This document shows positions 12,689 to 27,147 of a stretch of DNA of 64,000 bases, piece by piece. Numbering within the stretch: position 1 is the first letter of the stretch; every line of letters starts with the position of its first letter. Source of the DNA: Pocillopora damicornis (lineage: Eukaryota); assembly GCF_003704095.1 (NCBI RefSeq), contig NW_020844672.1, positions 310,001-374,000 on the forward strand, written 5' to 3'. Under the pieces are notes generated by a model. That model saw nothing but the letters and a program-made list of their open reading frames with translations, was not told where the DNA came from and ran no database searches. The position numbers and the translations under genes are program-made.

Positions 12689-15576
12689 ATGGCGATTTCC
12701 TCTTCTCGATTTCAGAGAGTCACGCTGTATTCCTTGCTGCTTTTGGCGATGATTCTCGTTTACCAAATCTACCATCATGGAGGCAAGCTGCTTAGCAAAA
12801 ATCAACAAGAACGAAAAGACGACTGGACCAAGCATTTGCAATCAAATCATGTGAAATTGTCTCGGACAAAAGCAGCGATAGAATCGCCACAGCCTATTCG
12901 AAGAGACTTGAAAAAAACCGCCGAACAAGGGAATCCAATATTGCAGATGGAAGTGAAGAGATTAAAAACCCGCATAAATCGGAAAGATAGTCTTATTGAA
13001 AAGCTGACTGCTCAGTTAGAAAAGGAAAAATCTCGAGCAGAGAAATTGAATCAGGTGATTGGGAACTTGAAGGTTGAAAACACGCAATTACAGGCGGAAG
13101 TCGAGAGTAACTCTAACGGGGTCACGAGCGGTAGAAGTGAACAAAACACTGGCCTGAAGAAAGAACTCGGTTCCCTGATTAAAACATCTCCAAAAATCAG
13201 CGATATTCATATATCACAACGAATTCCATTTGAGAGTTTCGCCAAAACGCATCTCTTCGAATACTCCCCTAAAAAGAAACCGAAAGAATATATTTTCCAT
13301 GGTCAAAATTCGAACACGCGGAGAGTAAAATCCGGAGAGCGCCATCTTGTCCAAGCACAAGATATCGGTGTCAACTTTATCAACACAAACACGTCATACC
13401 ACGTAAGCCGCGAAAACATGGTGGATGGGGTCTACAGAATCGATATCAACACTGGTATTGATTATGAACTGTATTTCAAAGATCCGTCAGCGAATAAATT
13501 TATCACAGTGCGGCTTATTCGCCCATTAGGTGTTCTGCAACCAGTTGCTCTACCAGAAGACAATAGAGGTCCGAATGAACTTATAAACTTAATTGTTCCC
13601 TTATCTGGGCGCCTTGAACGATTTCAACAGTTTATGGATATGTTTGTGGAAGTGTGCATTAAAATTGACAAAAACGTGTTTTTGACAGTGGTCTTATACG
13701 GAGCCTCGGACTTCAACACTGTAAAAACTACCCTCAAAGATTTGGAAGTTACGTATGGTTTTAAAAAGTATCAACTTATCATGCGGGATAAACCGTTTTC
13801 TCGGGGGAGAGCTTTACATGATGGTGTCATGTACTGGAGTAGCAGCCCGAAAAATGTTTTAATGTTTTTCTGTGATGTGGACATAACGATTCGCCCTGAT
13901 TTTCTTCGAAGGTGTCGCATGTACACTCAAAGGAAGGAGAAAATTTATTATCCGATGGTGTTCAGCTTGTTTAATCCAAAGAATGTTTACGAACAAGGAA
14001 CTATTCCACCACCCGCAGAACAACTCAAAATTGGTAAGAAATTGATTTCATTTCTATGTTTAATTCACTCAGAAAGTTAACAGAAAATTGCTAGAGCAGT
14101 CCGAAGAAACTTCAAGTTTATGCATTTTGTAGCAAGTCTTTGTCTGCGCTGCGAGTACTGAGAGCTTCTCGGATATAATTCGGTTCCTTATGTTTTCTTT
14201 CTTTCTTTTTTACAGTACTGTTTAGAGATTTAATTTTCCTTTGCGCAAATAATTTCAATGGGTGATCTACGGTAAAATCACATTTTATTGTTAAACGCTT
14301 AAAACAAAGATTTGCTAGAGCCATCACGGTAGCTATCTTGGCGGGGACCGAAAATCGTGGGCACCTGTCCAGTGTTAACCACAAATCAAAGTTATTACAC
14401 TATTTGTTTTTATGGAGTTATAGTCACGGTCGTTACAAAGTGAAATGCACTCTTTGGTTTTAGTAGAACAAACTTATTTCGACTAAATCGACATTTTCCC
14501 CTGTTTTATGCAGTCGTCAAAACCATGTTGTAAATGTCAAAAAACACCTTCGAACGTTTCTTTAGATTTCAACGTTTTAATTTATTGTAGACCGGAAGTA
14601 CGGCTTTTGGCGTGAATATGGGTTTGGAATGACTTGTCAGTACAGAGCAGACTATCTCCGTGTTGGTGGATTTGATTTAAACATCGAAGGCTGGGGAACT
14701 GAAGACTTGGGATTGTACCAAAGATATCTGCAACAAGCAAACATCAGGTGATATTAATGTTTCACTGTAGCTCTTCGATTTTTCAACTGTCGCGTAACGC
14801 AGAGCTGCTGTTTTTCCGTCTCCCTTTAATTGTCTTTAATGGATCAACGAAAAAGCAACCAGAATATAAAATTACCATTTTAATTAAACTAACATAAGAG
14901 AATTGAAGTAATATAAAGGAGCTACTCCTCACAGTAAAAACCTGTCATACCCGCCGAGGAAAATCAAAAAAGAACCTGCAAAACTGAAAGGGTCGGTTAT
15001 TTACGCAAGGTCTAATAAAGTGTAGTGGTAATATACCTTTAAAAAGGAACTACTTAAAAAAACCCTCTTCAGTTTGCATGAAATATGTAATTCCGTATTC
15101 ACTCTCACGCGACAATTTCTCAACACCCGTTCCCTTATTTACTATTGCTGTTTTATCTCTGACGAAGAACTTGCGCTCGAAATGTCAGTTTTAGAAACTC
15201 TTCACGGTGGCCAATTTACATCATAAAATCACTTGACAAAAACAAAATAACCAAGTGCTACCCCCACCGACACAGCAAGTCAGTTTCTTTGGCAACTGAC
15301 CCCATTTATTATCACCACGGTTTGGCAGCCATAAATTTAAGGCATTTACAGTATTGTTTACTTTTAATCTGTTTTAGAATCATTCGTGCCCCTGACAGAG
15401 ATCTTTTCCATCAATATCACGACAAAAAGTGCGACCCTAGCCTTTCTGAGGAGCAGTACCGGTCATGCCTCGGATCCAAGGCGAAAGTTGAGGGAACACA
15501 CACTCAGATCGCTATACAGCTGACAAAACTTAGAGAGAAGTATGAACCAGAGTCACAATCTGAGAACGGTTATTGA
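12689..15576 (+). CDS. CSGALNACT1: Chondroitin sulfate N-acetylgalactosaminyltransferase-like (CHGN family), 566 aa; exons 12689-14033, 14591-14747, 15378-15576
   Basis: Type II membrane anchor, coiled-coil stem, INLIVPLSGR, FSRGRAL, FFCDVD (DXD), IYYPMVFS, GFWREYGFGMTCQYRAD, GGFDLNIEGWGTED; splice phases consistent. Paralogue 1 vs 2 cannot be resolved. Confidence 0.93.
15157..15300 (+). mobile_element. Degenerate copy of the same Penelope-like repeat
   Basis: CTCTGACGAAGAACTTGCGCTCGAAATGTCAG...ACGGTGGCCAATTTAC...CCCACCGACACAGCA. Confidence 0.65.
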
Positions 15577-18005
15577 GATCAAACTATTGAAAGAAACAAG
15601 TGCCAGCCCGTGACACGTGACCGTCACGAGGTGAATTAAGCTGCCCACACGAGGAAATCAACAAAACAGATACAACTAGAGACAATTCCAGAGCTGGGCG
15701 CTGCCTTTGAATTCAATCATGAACTGAGTCGATTGTTTCAATGGCGACAGATCACATCAACGTTGGGAAAGTTACGAAATGTTGCGTTTGTTGTAACCTG
15801 TCTGGAAATTCAAATTTTACAAGAAGTTTCCGTTCGAATGGAACCACAATTCTATTCCCTTTTTGAATGGAATGTTGAAAATTGCAACAAATTGTCCTTC
15901 TTGTTCGATAGAAATTAAATAAATACAGATATTGCTAAAAGCTCCATTCATGTTTGAATTAGTGTATGGTTATTCTTCAGCCGGTTCTTTTAGTCTAGTT
16001 CAAAAAAAATGTGGCCAGCCTTGGCCAGTTTTACACTTTTGTCCCTGTCACGTGTCCTTCCCAATGGTATGGCAAATTACACGGTAATTAAGACAGGCTA
16101 AAAGGAAGATTGGCCGGAACCAGGTATGGGAAAATATCAAGAAACGTGACAGCCCATGTTGCATAATATTTCCTTAACAGGATTTTGCCATAACTGTAGT
16201 TTTCATTGGTTCCCCTCGCCATCAGCTGTACCTCTCACTTGTCAAAAAGATCATGTTTGCTAGGGCGGCAATATAAATTACGGCATTTGAAACAATTTCC
16301 ATAACTTCACTGTACCAAAGTGAAATAAGTATATTGTGCACGTCAAAGGTACGGCGTTCAACACGTGTCTTTAAGAAAGAAAATACGTTAAATAACACCA
16401 TGATTAAAAGCTTTAAATTCATCTCAGTTTTCAATACCTTTATTTTCGACAGATTAGAGTTAATTTAAAACTAGCGCTAGCCACCGCCTGTAAATATTCA
16501 ACTTTCTCTCGAAAAAAAAAGAAACCACTTGAGAAAAGTTAGTTAAAAACTCTGCCCAAGGTCAGCCAGGATTAGAAAATGAGTCATTTCCTTCGCGAGT
16601 TACTGTTATGAATGGAAGGTGTTCAAATTCAAATTGAAATCTTTCCGCGCTAAAACGCAAGCTTCACGCAAAACGTAAATCCATGTTGTAAGAATAAATG
16701 AACACATACGTCAGATGTATTTTTGAACCAAATAAACTAATTTACACACAAATTAAGAGGACATGACCTTCGCAGCCGTGAAATCACAATCGCTGAGATA
16801 CAGCACACTTGTGTTCAAAATTGCCTAAAAATGGATGAGGATCAAATTACTTTTACGATATTACAAAAGCAGCAATTTGTAAATGGCTGAAAAAGACAAT
16901 GACCAAAAACAAAAACAAAAAAACCAGAATAAAATTGCGCACTGTTGTGCAAAGAAATCAAGTAACAAGAAGCCTATGGCAGAATTATGACTTACGATGA
17001 AAACGAAACTTCCCAGGACAACCAATGAAAATGAAGAAAGAGCAACTGCAAGACGTTGCCGGTCTTGGTGTTACAAAACATTTTAAGACTTCACATAAAA
17101 GGGAATTTACGCGAGCCAGGAAATACAAGCTAAGTGTAAAGTCGATGCTAGTATTTCAACAAACGAAAAAAACACCCCCATTATAAACAACTCCTGAGAT
17201 GGAACGAAGAGAAGATGAATACCTCACGAAAACTTTTCATTTGACTTGACAGGAAACAAGCCCACAGCAGTATGAGATTCAGTCTCTTTCATAAAATACG
17301 CCAAATTAATTACTTTCAAAGTGAGGGAAGCCACAAAATATATAGTTTGGAGATGGAAAAACACCAAAACAAAAGTAGTTTTACTAAAAAGTAAAACCAG
17401 TGGTGAGAGATAGAGAAGATTGAATCTGATTGCAGCCTGACCGCCACCTTGGGAAAGTTTTTGAAGCTCCTTCAAATGAAACGCAAGTTAAGCGACCAGA
17501 AGGTGTAAAGTTAAAATTTTTTTTTACACCTTTATACTGCTCCGTCCACTCAAACGTACTCAGCGTTATGAAAAATTACAACAACTAACTTTAACCTACA
17601 AGGAAGCCACAAGAAAATCAAAGATTCTCGATACTTGAGTTCTACCTAATAATATTCCGCAAAAATTATTAAATTCACTTCCAAGAATGAGTCTCAAACT
17701 CACCCTTAGCATGATGGATTGATACTAAGTTAGTCCCTTTATAATACTAACAAGAAAGCAGTATCTGCATATCATTATAGGGGTAGCTACCTAATTATCA
17801 ACACTGGCTACAACTTTGAATTAAAGAATACAAGCTGAAGAACATTACACAAGTTCTGTCTTGACACTATTGGCACAAGCTCACCAGGGAGATTACCTGG
17901 ATAATTTTTTAAGTCACTTCTGTTTCCATACAGATTTATTCGCAGATAGAGTGAACCTTCATCACAGAAGTTAATTAAAGAATGAGAATGACAATATTTG
18001 AAGTT

Positions 18006-21000
18006 TTACTCTTCATCGTCTTCTTCCTCCTCGTCCTCCTCTTCTTCGTCTTCGTCTTCTTCCTCAATAGCATCATCTTCTTCTCCATTCACATCACCAT
18101 TCTCTACCCTGTCCAGTCGAACTAAAAACAGAAAACAAAGAATTCACTTCAGTAATTTAAACTAATGCCATTATGTGTAAGGTCATGTACAACAGAAACA
18201 TTACACTGAAACCTGTATCAAGGGGACCCTATATTAAGCGGACATGAAACCCTAATCCAAAACAATTCCTTCCACATTTACTGACACTAAAGTCAACCCC
18301 TTTATTCCCTGAAACCTGTATAAAGTGGTTCCTTAACTCTTAAACTCCCAGAAATTATTAACATGTAACTTCTCCCTAAAATATTCATACACTATCCTGC
18401 AAACAGGTAACAAGAATATTCAAACTAATCAGGAAGAAGTTGATATCTTGATCCAACACCAGATTTTTGTAACTAAGGGGAGAATTGAAAATCTTGGAAG
18501 TAAAGAGTTAATGAGAAATTTTAGCTTCATTTCTATCCCACTGCAGTTTTAACATTACAATTTTCACACAAGAAAAAGGTTTTTCCCTTGGTATTAATTA
18601 AGACTAATTCTATCTGGCCAAAAAGACCAGACTTAAATTGTCACTGATTGCAAACTATTTTCTGTTTGGGAGTTTCGGTAACTGCTTCCCAGGTGATTTA
18701 TCAAGCAAACACTAATGATACAACCTGGGTGCAAATCTAGGAGCCAACTGACTTTCTTCCCCCTGTTCACCCAATATATATTAATAACTTACTTGAATCA
18801 TTGTTTCGAACCATTAACTCTGCTGCTCTGATTCTTGGTCCTTGTGTGTCAAAACTCATACCAAAAACAAGCAGTGTTCTGTTCTTTTCCAAAGAGGTGA
18901 CAATTTTTTGTTCAACTTGACTACCAATAATGGCAGACTATAAGGAAAAGCATAAACAACTGGCTCAACAGTATGAAGCAGTAGAGTAACCAAACTTAAC
19001 ACAAGCTGTAGACATAAAAAGATTGCTCAGCATGCTTCACCACATTTTCAGTATCCCAGAACCAATAGAAAATATGTTAAATAGTACAGATTGAGGATGA
19101 AACTTAATCATTGTAAGACCACAGACTTATGTGATCATCAAGGAATGCATAGTTATCGTCATGATCATAATAAACTGCAACATTTATTTACTGAATGGGT
19201 GTAAACAAGCACCTTTGATAAAAAAATATATATTCACCTGATTGGATAGCCTCAGTGCTGTCAAGTTAGTATTAGTTTCTAGAACTTTCATGATTGCCTG
19301 AAAATAGAGAAATATTAATGCTATTTAGTACTTAGAGATCAGCATATTGCTTCTCATCACCAAAAATCATGTGTTACTTAAAGCTGACTGTCAACATAAA
19401 AGGAGAGAAGAAAATCAATTTATCACATGCCAGGCTTACATTGCCAGTTTCAAGAAAGATAAAATGAAATATTGGAAGTTGAAAAAAATTAGGTGTTTAT
19501 TTTTTGTTTATTAGATATTATATCCTTCACAATAACTTGTTTCCAAAAACATTTGGTCTACATTTATAACTTCTCAGATATAATTGTTGAGTACCATATT
19601 TGCATGCAAGTGATTAATATTTTAGTCAAATAGCTTCTGTGTGTTTTCCATCAACCTTTGTCATCTTGAACAAGGGCTTCTGAAAGATTTTAACAAAACA
19701 TTCCACAAGTTACTGCAAAAATGAACTGCAGAAATAATGTCTGCTACACACCATGATTCCATCTCCAGTCAGGAAGTTAGACTCCAGGTTGATGCTCTCT
19801 AAGGTCTTGTTTTTACTTAATGCCTCTGCAAACATCTGAGAGAATCAAACAGCAAATTTATTTTCAAACAAAATGTAGATGTCTGTCAAACAATGTTATC
19901 AACCAGGGGAGGGGAAGATGGTCCTGTCTTTCATGGTTACCGACTTTTGTTGCAACATGGTAAGTAGTGCTATCAAAATGATTTTCCCTGAAGATCATAA
20001 TTATTACTTGAATAACAAGCAAAATTGTCAAAAAATTGGAAACAAATGAGACAAAAACTGTTTTTTGAATGCGCTTCAATTCAGAGTTTATCCTAGACAA
20101 AGAATACCTTGGCAGTCTTGTCTGTCATCTGTGTGTTGGCTAACTGAAGATGTTTAAGATTGGTATTACTTTTCAGTGCCTTGGCAACATCTTCAAGAAT
20201 CTCTGTAGTGACATCTCTATGATTGTTCAAGTTTAGATTTGTCAATTTTGCATCATTTCTTTTGAATTGTTCCATTGCTTTCCCAAGGTCCAACTCATTT
20301 ACAGCTGTGAGGTCAGGCTTTTTTATCTTAGTTGCCTTTACAACACCTGGGATTAGAAAAGGAATACTGTTAATCTTTCATTGTACTTTAGCAGCTGAAA
20401 ACTAAAACTGAATTCACCAAAGGCAGTCCTCTGCTGGATTCAAATGAATGAGCTAGGCAATGTAAGTATAATACTGCTCTAACAACTACAGGCTGTAAGT
20501 CTACTGCCTGTGATCAAGACAGGTCTTAAAACCAAATCCACTAACAAATGTTTTATAGTTTTTGTCAGCAGTTTTGAAGAAGTTATAAATATGAAATCTG
20601 CCTTAGTTGCTCATGGAAGTTTAAGTGTTAAGCCCTCTCATAAAAACAAAGTTTTGTAAGTTTCCCAAAGACAAAAGCACAGGTTGTATATAGCACCCAT
20701 GCTTTTCAAGAGCACAACCCTGAGAACATATAGGAGTACAGTGGTGTTTAACTCACCAGGTTTGTATTTCTTTAAGCCACTGCCTCTTAAAGCTTTCCCA
20801 GCTTCCATCTTTTCTGCAAAGTGACTCTGAGTTTGGGTTAACATGCCATGCACACCAAGTATTGCTGGAAGAACAATATCAAAAACAATCAAGTTCAAGA
20901 GGGAAGGATTCCAACAAACAGCACTATTTCATTTCATTACACTCTGCCTTCAGGTAGCAGATCTTGGATATTTTTGGTCAACTTTTTTTTTTGATATAAG

Positions 21001-23513
21001 TATTAGCCCTAACTCCCAGATCAAATTTGTAATTCTCCTTTCTGTCAACCATACAATTCTTATCATGTTAGTTCAGAGAATTTAGTATTGAATCAACTAA
21101 TTATCCCCAAATTGATAGTTTCCTTAATTCTCATCACTTATCTGGTTGATAATGTATTGATATTATAAGGAGAAATTCTGTCTTGGTCACTCATGGGAGT
21201 TAAAGGGTTAAGTAAGCTTGATACAAGTTTCCTTTTAACAAAAACTAAAACACATAACTCCCATAAAAATGTCTGTATTGAATATGCAGCAGCCTATGTA
21301 TGCTATAGACTGTGTATAATGCAGATAGTCAACTATCCAAATATACAAATGATTTGTTACAATGGAGTCTTGATACTGTGATCACTAGAAATCTCAAACT
21401 TGAGACACCATTTCATCACCACAAGGAGAATGCAACTAGAGAGCACATTTTGGAACCTTCTGGTCAATCCCTTAGAATTTCACGATAACAATATTCCACT
21501 GATTATAGTACTAAAAAGTAACACTTGAACCTTTGCACAGAGATCAATGGTCGTTTCATTTACCTGCAAGTTCCATCATTTCCTCATCAGTTGCATTATC
21601 TAAAACCTCACTGAGATCATCAGGGAGCAGTGGAGTTGGATCTTTTTTCCCTGGCTGCTCCTTTGGCCGCCAAACTTTGCCACGCGTTTCTTTCTTGTAT
21701 GGAACATAATCTGAACGTTCCTTCAGATTCTTAGCCTGTTCTTCCAGGTGTTCCAACAGATGTTGTCGATCAAATGGTCCAGTGTTATCCTTTTCTGTCT
21801 GGTTTTCTTGCCGCTCATGAACTGGGAGAAGGGCATTCTTTTAAAGAGATAAAATGTGGAGGAAATATTAAAAATTTGTTGTTAAGAAAGGAAAAACAAA
21901 TGTCTGAGTTTCTAATGAGAATTGGAACCTTGGTCAATACCAGTTTACAGTCAGTTGCTTCACTTTCAGATTCCAAAAGAACTTGTGTGAAAGCTGGGGG
22001 ATACAATCACTTTATAAATTTCAAACAAGGATAAATCTTAAAAGGTCACTAGAATGAATAAAATAATAATCACAAATTTTAAAGATTATTAGATAACTGA
22101 TCATTTTCACAACTGCTTTAGCTGTGTACATAACTGCAAAGGTATTTCATATTTTTTAAGTAAATTTAGTTCTCAGGATGCAACATCAAGTTGATAAAAG
22201 CAGTCTTTCAGGAAGTGCAAGAATGCAGAGTGCATGGCAAGAGTGTTTAAATTACCAAAAAAGCAATTTTTTTTGACCAGTTAAATTGTAGCATCTGTTG
22301 AAGCCATTAAAAATAGGTCTGTATTTCTCCATAACACAAAACACAATTTCAAGTGGACCTACAAGGCACTTGAACAATCTATTAAATCTGTTCTACTATC
22401 AGTTTAGTGCACAATTAAATGCAACATCTTTGCAAAGTCTTTGCAATACTCACAGAGAGAAGATCTCCTCACCATAAGAATTAGCATGCATGCAAGCTGA
22501 CAGATAACAAAACCAGCTTTTCAAAGTTTCATGCTAAGCTCATGCTATAAAATACTTAGGACATATCATGTCAATGTAACCCCTTCCTGAGATAATAAAA
22601 AACTTGTTTAAACATTCGATGTATTAAAATCCGCGCGGAAAATCCCAGCATTTCCTCTCTAACTTTATCGAGACTAGTCTAAGGAAACCAGTATCCATGA
22701 AGAGATCTGGCTGCTATCAAACTGCATCGTTACTATATTTACTTTCTGACCAATCACACTCATTATATGAATAGCATCGACAAGTAATTGTCGAGGAATA
22801 TCAACCCAAAAACACTCACTTCAAGGGGAATTACATTTAGCTTTTTTCCATGAATGACGATGAAAAAAAAGCGACTTTTAAAAGTACCATAGTGGCCAAT
22901 ATCCGAATCAAAAGTTAACATAAACACACGCTCAAAGTCTAATTATAGGTACGTCTTCGTGAATGTGTAAAAGACTGGACTTCATAAAACTGATCATAAC
23001 ATTCACTTTGTAGGTTAAATAATACAAACGAAGGTTAACTTTCAGGTGATCCAAAATATAGCCCTTATAAATCAGTGCTGTGTTCGAGTATAGGGTGCGT
23101 GAATCTAGTCACCATGAATGCAAATTACTACAACATACACTCAGCATGAATGTATGTGAGATCAAAAAAGAATCATCCCTGTTTAGGACAAAAACATCCG
23201 TACGAACCTAGGTAAAACGCTAAAACAGCGATGTGTCGCTCGGTGAGTTGCAAAAGCAAACAAAGCATATCGAACACATAACATGCTTCGATGCTAGCAG
23301 GAGTGAGCGACTCACGACTTGGCATGATTGCATGATTACTTGGATCACTGGAGGGACATCATGTCTTTCTTTAATATAAATTCTTACCTCGGGATCAATA
23401 GCTGCATTGAGGTCTGCTAACTCCTCTGGAGACAGAGCTTCCACTAAAGAATCCTCATCGATGTTTTGGAACTGATCGAGATCCACAGACTCTTTTTGCT
23501 TCACCCAAGACAT
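18006..23513 (-). CDS. TMOD: Tropomodulin, 383 aa; exons 23388-23513, 21564-21837, 20757-20864, 20108-20346, 19752-19835, 19238-19297, 18793-18937, 18006-18121
   Basis: DEDSLVEALSPEEL, DPENALLPVHERQ, TGPFDRQHLLEHLE, ATDEEMMELAAILG, LRR domain (LNLNN, INLESNFLTGDG, LRLSNQ), RNND; all introns GT-AG with consistent phase. Confidence 0.96.
18333..18511. mobile_element. TTAA-type MITE, related family
   Basis: TTAACTCTT...AAGAGTTAA termini; similar size and subterminal sequence to families A and B. Confidence 0.6.
21003..21211 (+). mobile_element. TTAA-type MITE, family B
   Basis: AACTCCCAGATCAAATTTG...GTCACTCATGGGAGTTAAAGGGTTAA; inverted copy at 40215-40420. Confidence 0.8.
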
Positions 23514-24818
23514 GGCGTCCAACTTAGTGCCCAAGTTAGCAAGATTTCGTCAAAGTACTCGATGAATATGACTTTTTCTGCCAAGGATGTCCTTATTTTG
23601 GACAGATACAAACTAAAAGCGGGAAAATAACCGGTTATTTCCCTCCTTGGACGAGAAAATCGAGGAAAATTTCATTCACAACACTCCCTTATTCGTCTGA
23701 CAAAATACTCAAGCTCGACCCAGACCCTCCGCGCTCATAAATATTCCTTACAAAGTGTGATGGGCGGTGTTGAGTGAAATGATGAGTTTTGCTGGATTGT
23801 TCTGATAAACAGTCATCCAAGATTGGGCTCCGTTTCAAATTTATAACAAAGTTAAATTGGAACAGCATGGTTTCCATTGCATAATATATCGATTGATTAC
23901 GAAGTTTAGCGTTAACGAAACCGAGCTAATAAAGTTATTGAACTTTTACTGAGGTATTTTTTTTTGCCAAATATTGTTGTACCTGTTTAGCTGGAGTTAA
24001 ATAAAATCTTCTCATCATTTTCGAAGTTTATGGACATTTGTTGCACATCACTCTTCTCGAATCAATTATTTAGCGGATTTCGAATGTTATCTCCATCACC
24101 ATAGAGCTAATATGAAAAATAAACACTTCAGACTGGATGATTGCCTCTGTCACTACGATTTCTTTCACGTAACGGTCACAGATTGAAAGAATCGTCTGCG
24201 TCATTCAAACAACGACTCCAAGGAAACAGACCAATTCTGACGCCTATAGAACTGTGACGCTTAAATTTTACAGAAGAATGGATCAGGGATCATTCTCTGT
24301 CTCTAAGCAATCTTGTAAGAGCGAAACCCTCGTTGGCTGGAAGCTGAAAGTATCAGTTTCCATATCACAGACATCGCACCCACAAACTAGCATTCCCATC
24401 TTTGATGCTTTTAAGTTACATAAAAAAAGTCGCGTGTTCAATTCCCTCCGACCAGCACAAAAGGAAACTCGTGTCCAAAATGTTAGATATCATTACCAAC
24501 TCTCGGCGATGTTTTGCCGATGTACATCACTTAATATGCTTAAACTGAGAGTGAACGTTTTTGGCAGATAAAATTATTCACAGACGAAATATTTTTTCCC
24601 AAGAAATTTCCTTATGTTTCCCTGTCTCTTACTAGTGTCCTTGTTGAAAAACTACAAAGCTGGGCACTTCTGAATCAAAATCTATGGAATTTCTCAACAG
24701 AAAAGGTTAATTCATTCTTGAATAAACCACGAAACAGTTTTGTTTATAAATCGTAGGTTGTCTGAGGTCAAATCAATTAAAGTGATCAGTACTCGTGGAA
24801 AACACTTTGCATTCGCTG

Positions 24819-25030
24819 TTAACCCTTTACACCCTAACATTAGTAGTCATATTCTCTATACTGTTTTCTGTACATTTGCTAATGTGCTGACAAGGAGAAT
24901 TTGTCTAACAATCAAGAGTTTCTTCAGTTGGTGATCATTTCCTTTGTTTTCATGACATTAATGCGTGATTCAGTGATGAGATTGTAAGGAGAAATTAGAT
25001 GCTAGTCACTCTTGGGGCTTAAAGGGTTAA
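24819..25030 (+). mobile_element. TTAA-flanked piggyBac-like MITE, family A
   Basis: TTAACCCTTTA...TAAAGGGTTAA; internal sequence shared with 27356-27568 and 35371-35572. Confidence 0.85.
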
Positions 25031-27147
25031 AGTACAGCTAGGAAAAAGGTGCTGTCATGATTCAAGGGAACACTACAGCCAACAGTTTAAACGCGCGACT
25101 TCTCTTAGTCCCAGCCCTCCCCTCCCTTCCACTCCTCTGGTGAAACTTGAGAAACCGATAGGTGGACAAAACAGGAGGGGTGTAACGACAGAGGACCAGG
25201 GAACAGTAGGACGGGTAAGGGCTGAGAGACAAGCTGCAGGGAAGAAACAACGCTCTCGGCCTTGTAAGAAATTTTGCGGAAGGATGTCAAGAATACCTAC
25301 CAAAACTCTTAACCTTGCACAAACAAGAGGGTCTCAATGGGGTCATAGCTTTAATGGCTAACACTTAAACTTTGGGCTACTTTGCGGTTACGGTTAACCC
25401 AAAATAACACATTGAAGAAAAGAAAAAATTTTACGGTTCATTTTTCTTTACGGCTAATGGTTAACACCACTGAGACACTCAAACAAACTTATATGTTTTA
25501 AGCGATTGTAGTGAGACGTAACAAACCAACGCAAATAATTAAACTCGGAACGTAAAAGTGTACGAAGTTTATTGATACAGCGTGGTGGTCTGATTAACAA
25601 CCGGACTTTTAGATTAAAAACTACCAGTGAAGTTTCCGTGATTGCCTTCATATAAATGTTTACGCATTAGTTCAAATTCTAACAAAACCTGGTTCATAAT
25701 ATAATCCCCGTCAAGAATAAAAATTGACATCACAGACTATAGGTCTGGTTGACAACCTGATAAGTTTCGTTGTTCTTAACTCTTAGTCTTTAAGACCTAA
25801 CTACGTGTTCTCGTGCAAGTTTCTGAGATTACATAGTAAGAAAGATACAATTGACCAATGCTGGAAATTCGGTACTGCGATAAAAACTAATTATTGTCCT
25901 AAAATTACACGATTTCGTTACACTACAACACAATCACTCTCTAATGTACGATTCCATTAAAATATTTCATTGTTCAATTAAAGTTATCCCGCGCGAGATC
26001 ATCTCACCAAGTTAAAACTTAAAAAAAAATCATTTCAAGCTACAATTCTATTTAATACATTTATTCCGACGATCGTATCACTGCATAGATTTGCAAATTC
26101 ACCTAAAAAATTTACTAGAAATTGTCGTCTTTGCACGATTGGCTCCTTCAAAAAGTTACCCTTTAAGGATGTTTTCTGTTAAAGAGGATAAGATCTAAAA
26201 GCAAAAGGTCTAAAAGCTAGGAAATCAGTGAAAAGCAGTTGACAGATAAATGATTGGCAGACAACCCCGATGCATTTGGTGGGTGTTGTGTAGTATCTCA
26301 CTAAGCGTGCTTAGCCAAAAATTGCTCATCTTTCTAGAAAAATATCTTATGCGCGACACTTGTACGGTGTCAGATTCGTCCAATTTGGCACAAGTAGATA
26401 GACTTTTTTGACTTTACATCGTCTTTAAATGAGATACTGAACTTTTTGTCCTCCAATCTGCGAGACAAAATAAAAGAAAACACATCATAAGTAGATTTTA
26501 AAATAAAATGCCGTACAAAAATGAATTATAAATAAACAAGGGATGAATAACCCTAACCCTCGCTGAAAATAAGCTTTAAATAAAAAAGAAACGATAATCA
26601 GCGATAATCAAAGAGGAGAGTAACATTTTTAACAAACAAGAGATTCTTCATGATGAATGCCACTTTCATCAACCGAACTTCTTCTGTTGAAGGAATCATT
26701 TGCGAGCATTTTACGCTTCACTTGGTTTTCCCGGCAACTTGAACCGCATTTAAAGGAAAAGATTATCTATTTTCCTCAATTTTAAGTCTTCGCCATAAAA
26801 TTTTCTCACAGAACTTATCAGGGGGAATCTCTTCGAAGAGGGTTTTCTTCGAATCCTGTAAATTCCCCTTACAGCATCCCTAACAACTCAACTTCAGTAA
26901 CATAATTTAACCCTTTCAAATGTTTTTTTCACGTTAAGTCCTCCTGTCTACAGGGTGCCATGTCGATTTTTGGACAGACAGACTTGTCTAAAGAAAATTC
27001 CCAGAGAACGGTAATATAAGACAACACTAGTGTCGATGAACACAAAACAGTAGCGTTGAGTTGAGGTGGCGCTCCACGACACTCGTTAAACCCTCGAGAT
27101 GTGTATCTGACTAAAAGAAATTTGAGGAGAGATCACTAACTTTTTTT

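Noticed and set aside
23900-27147. A death-domain exon after UPA, using a possible donor AAG|GTACTC near 27160
   Set aside because: No death-domain-like ORF or suitable exon seen before the tropomodulin promoter; the reading frame stops at 27148
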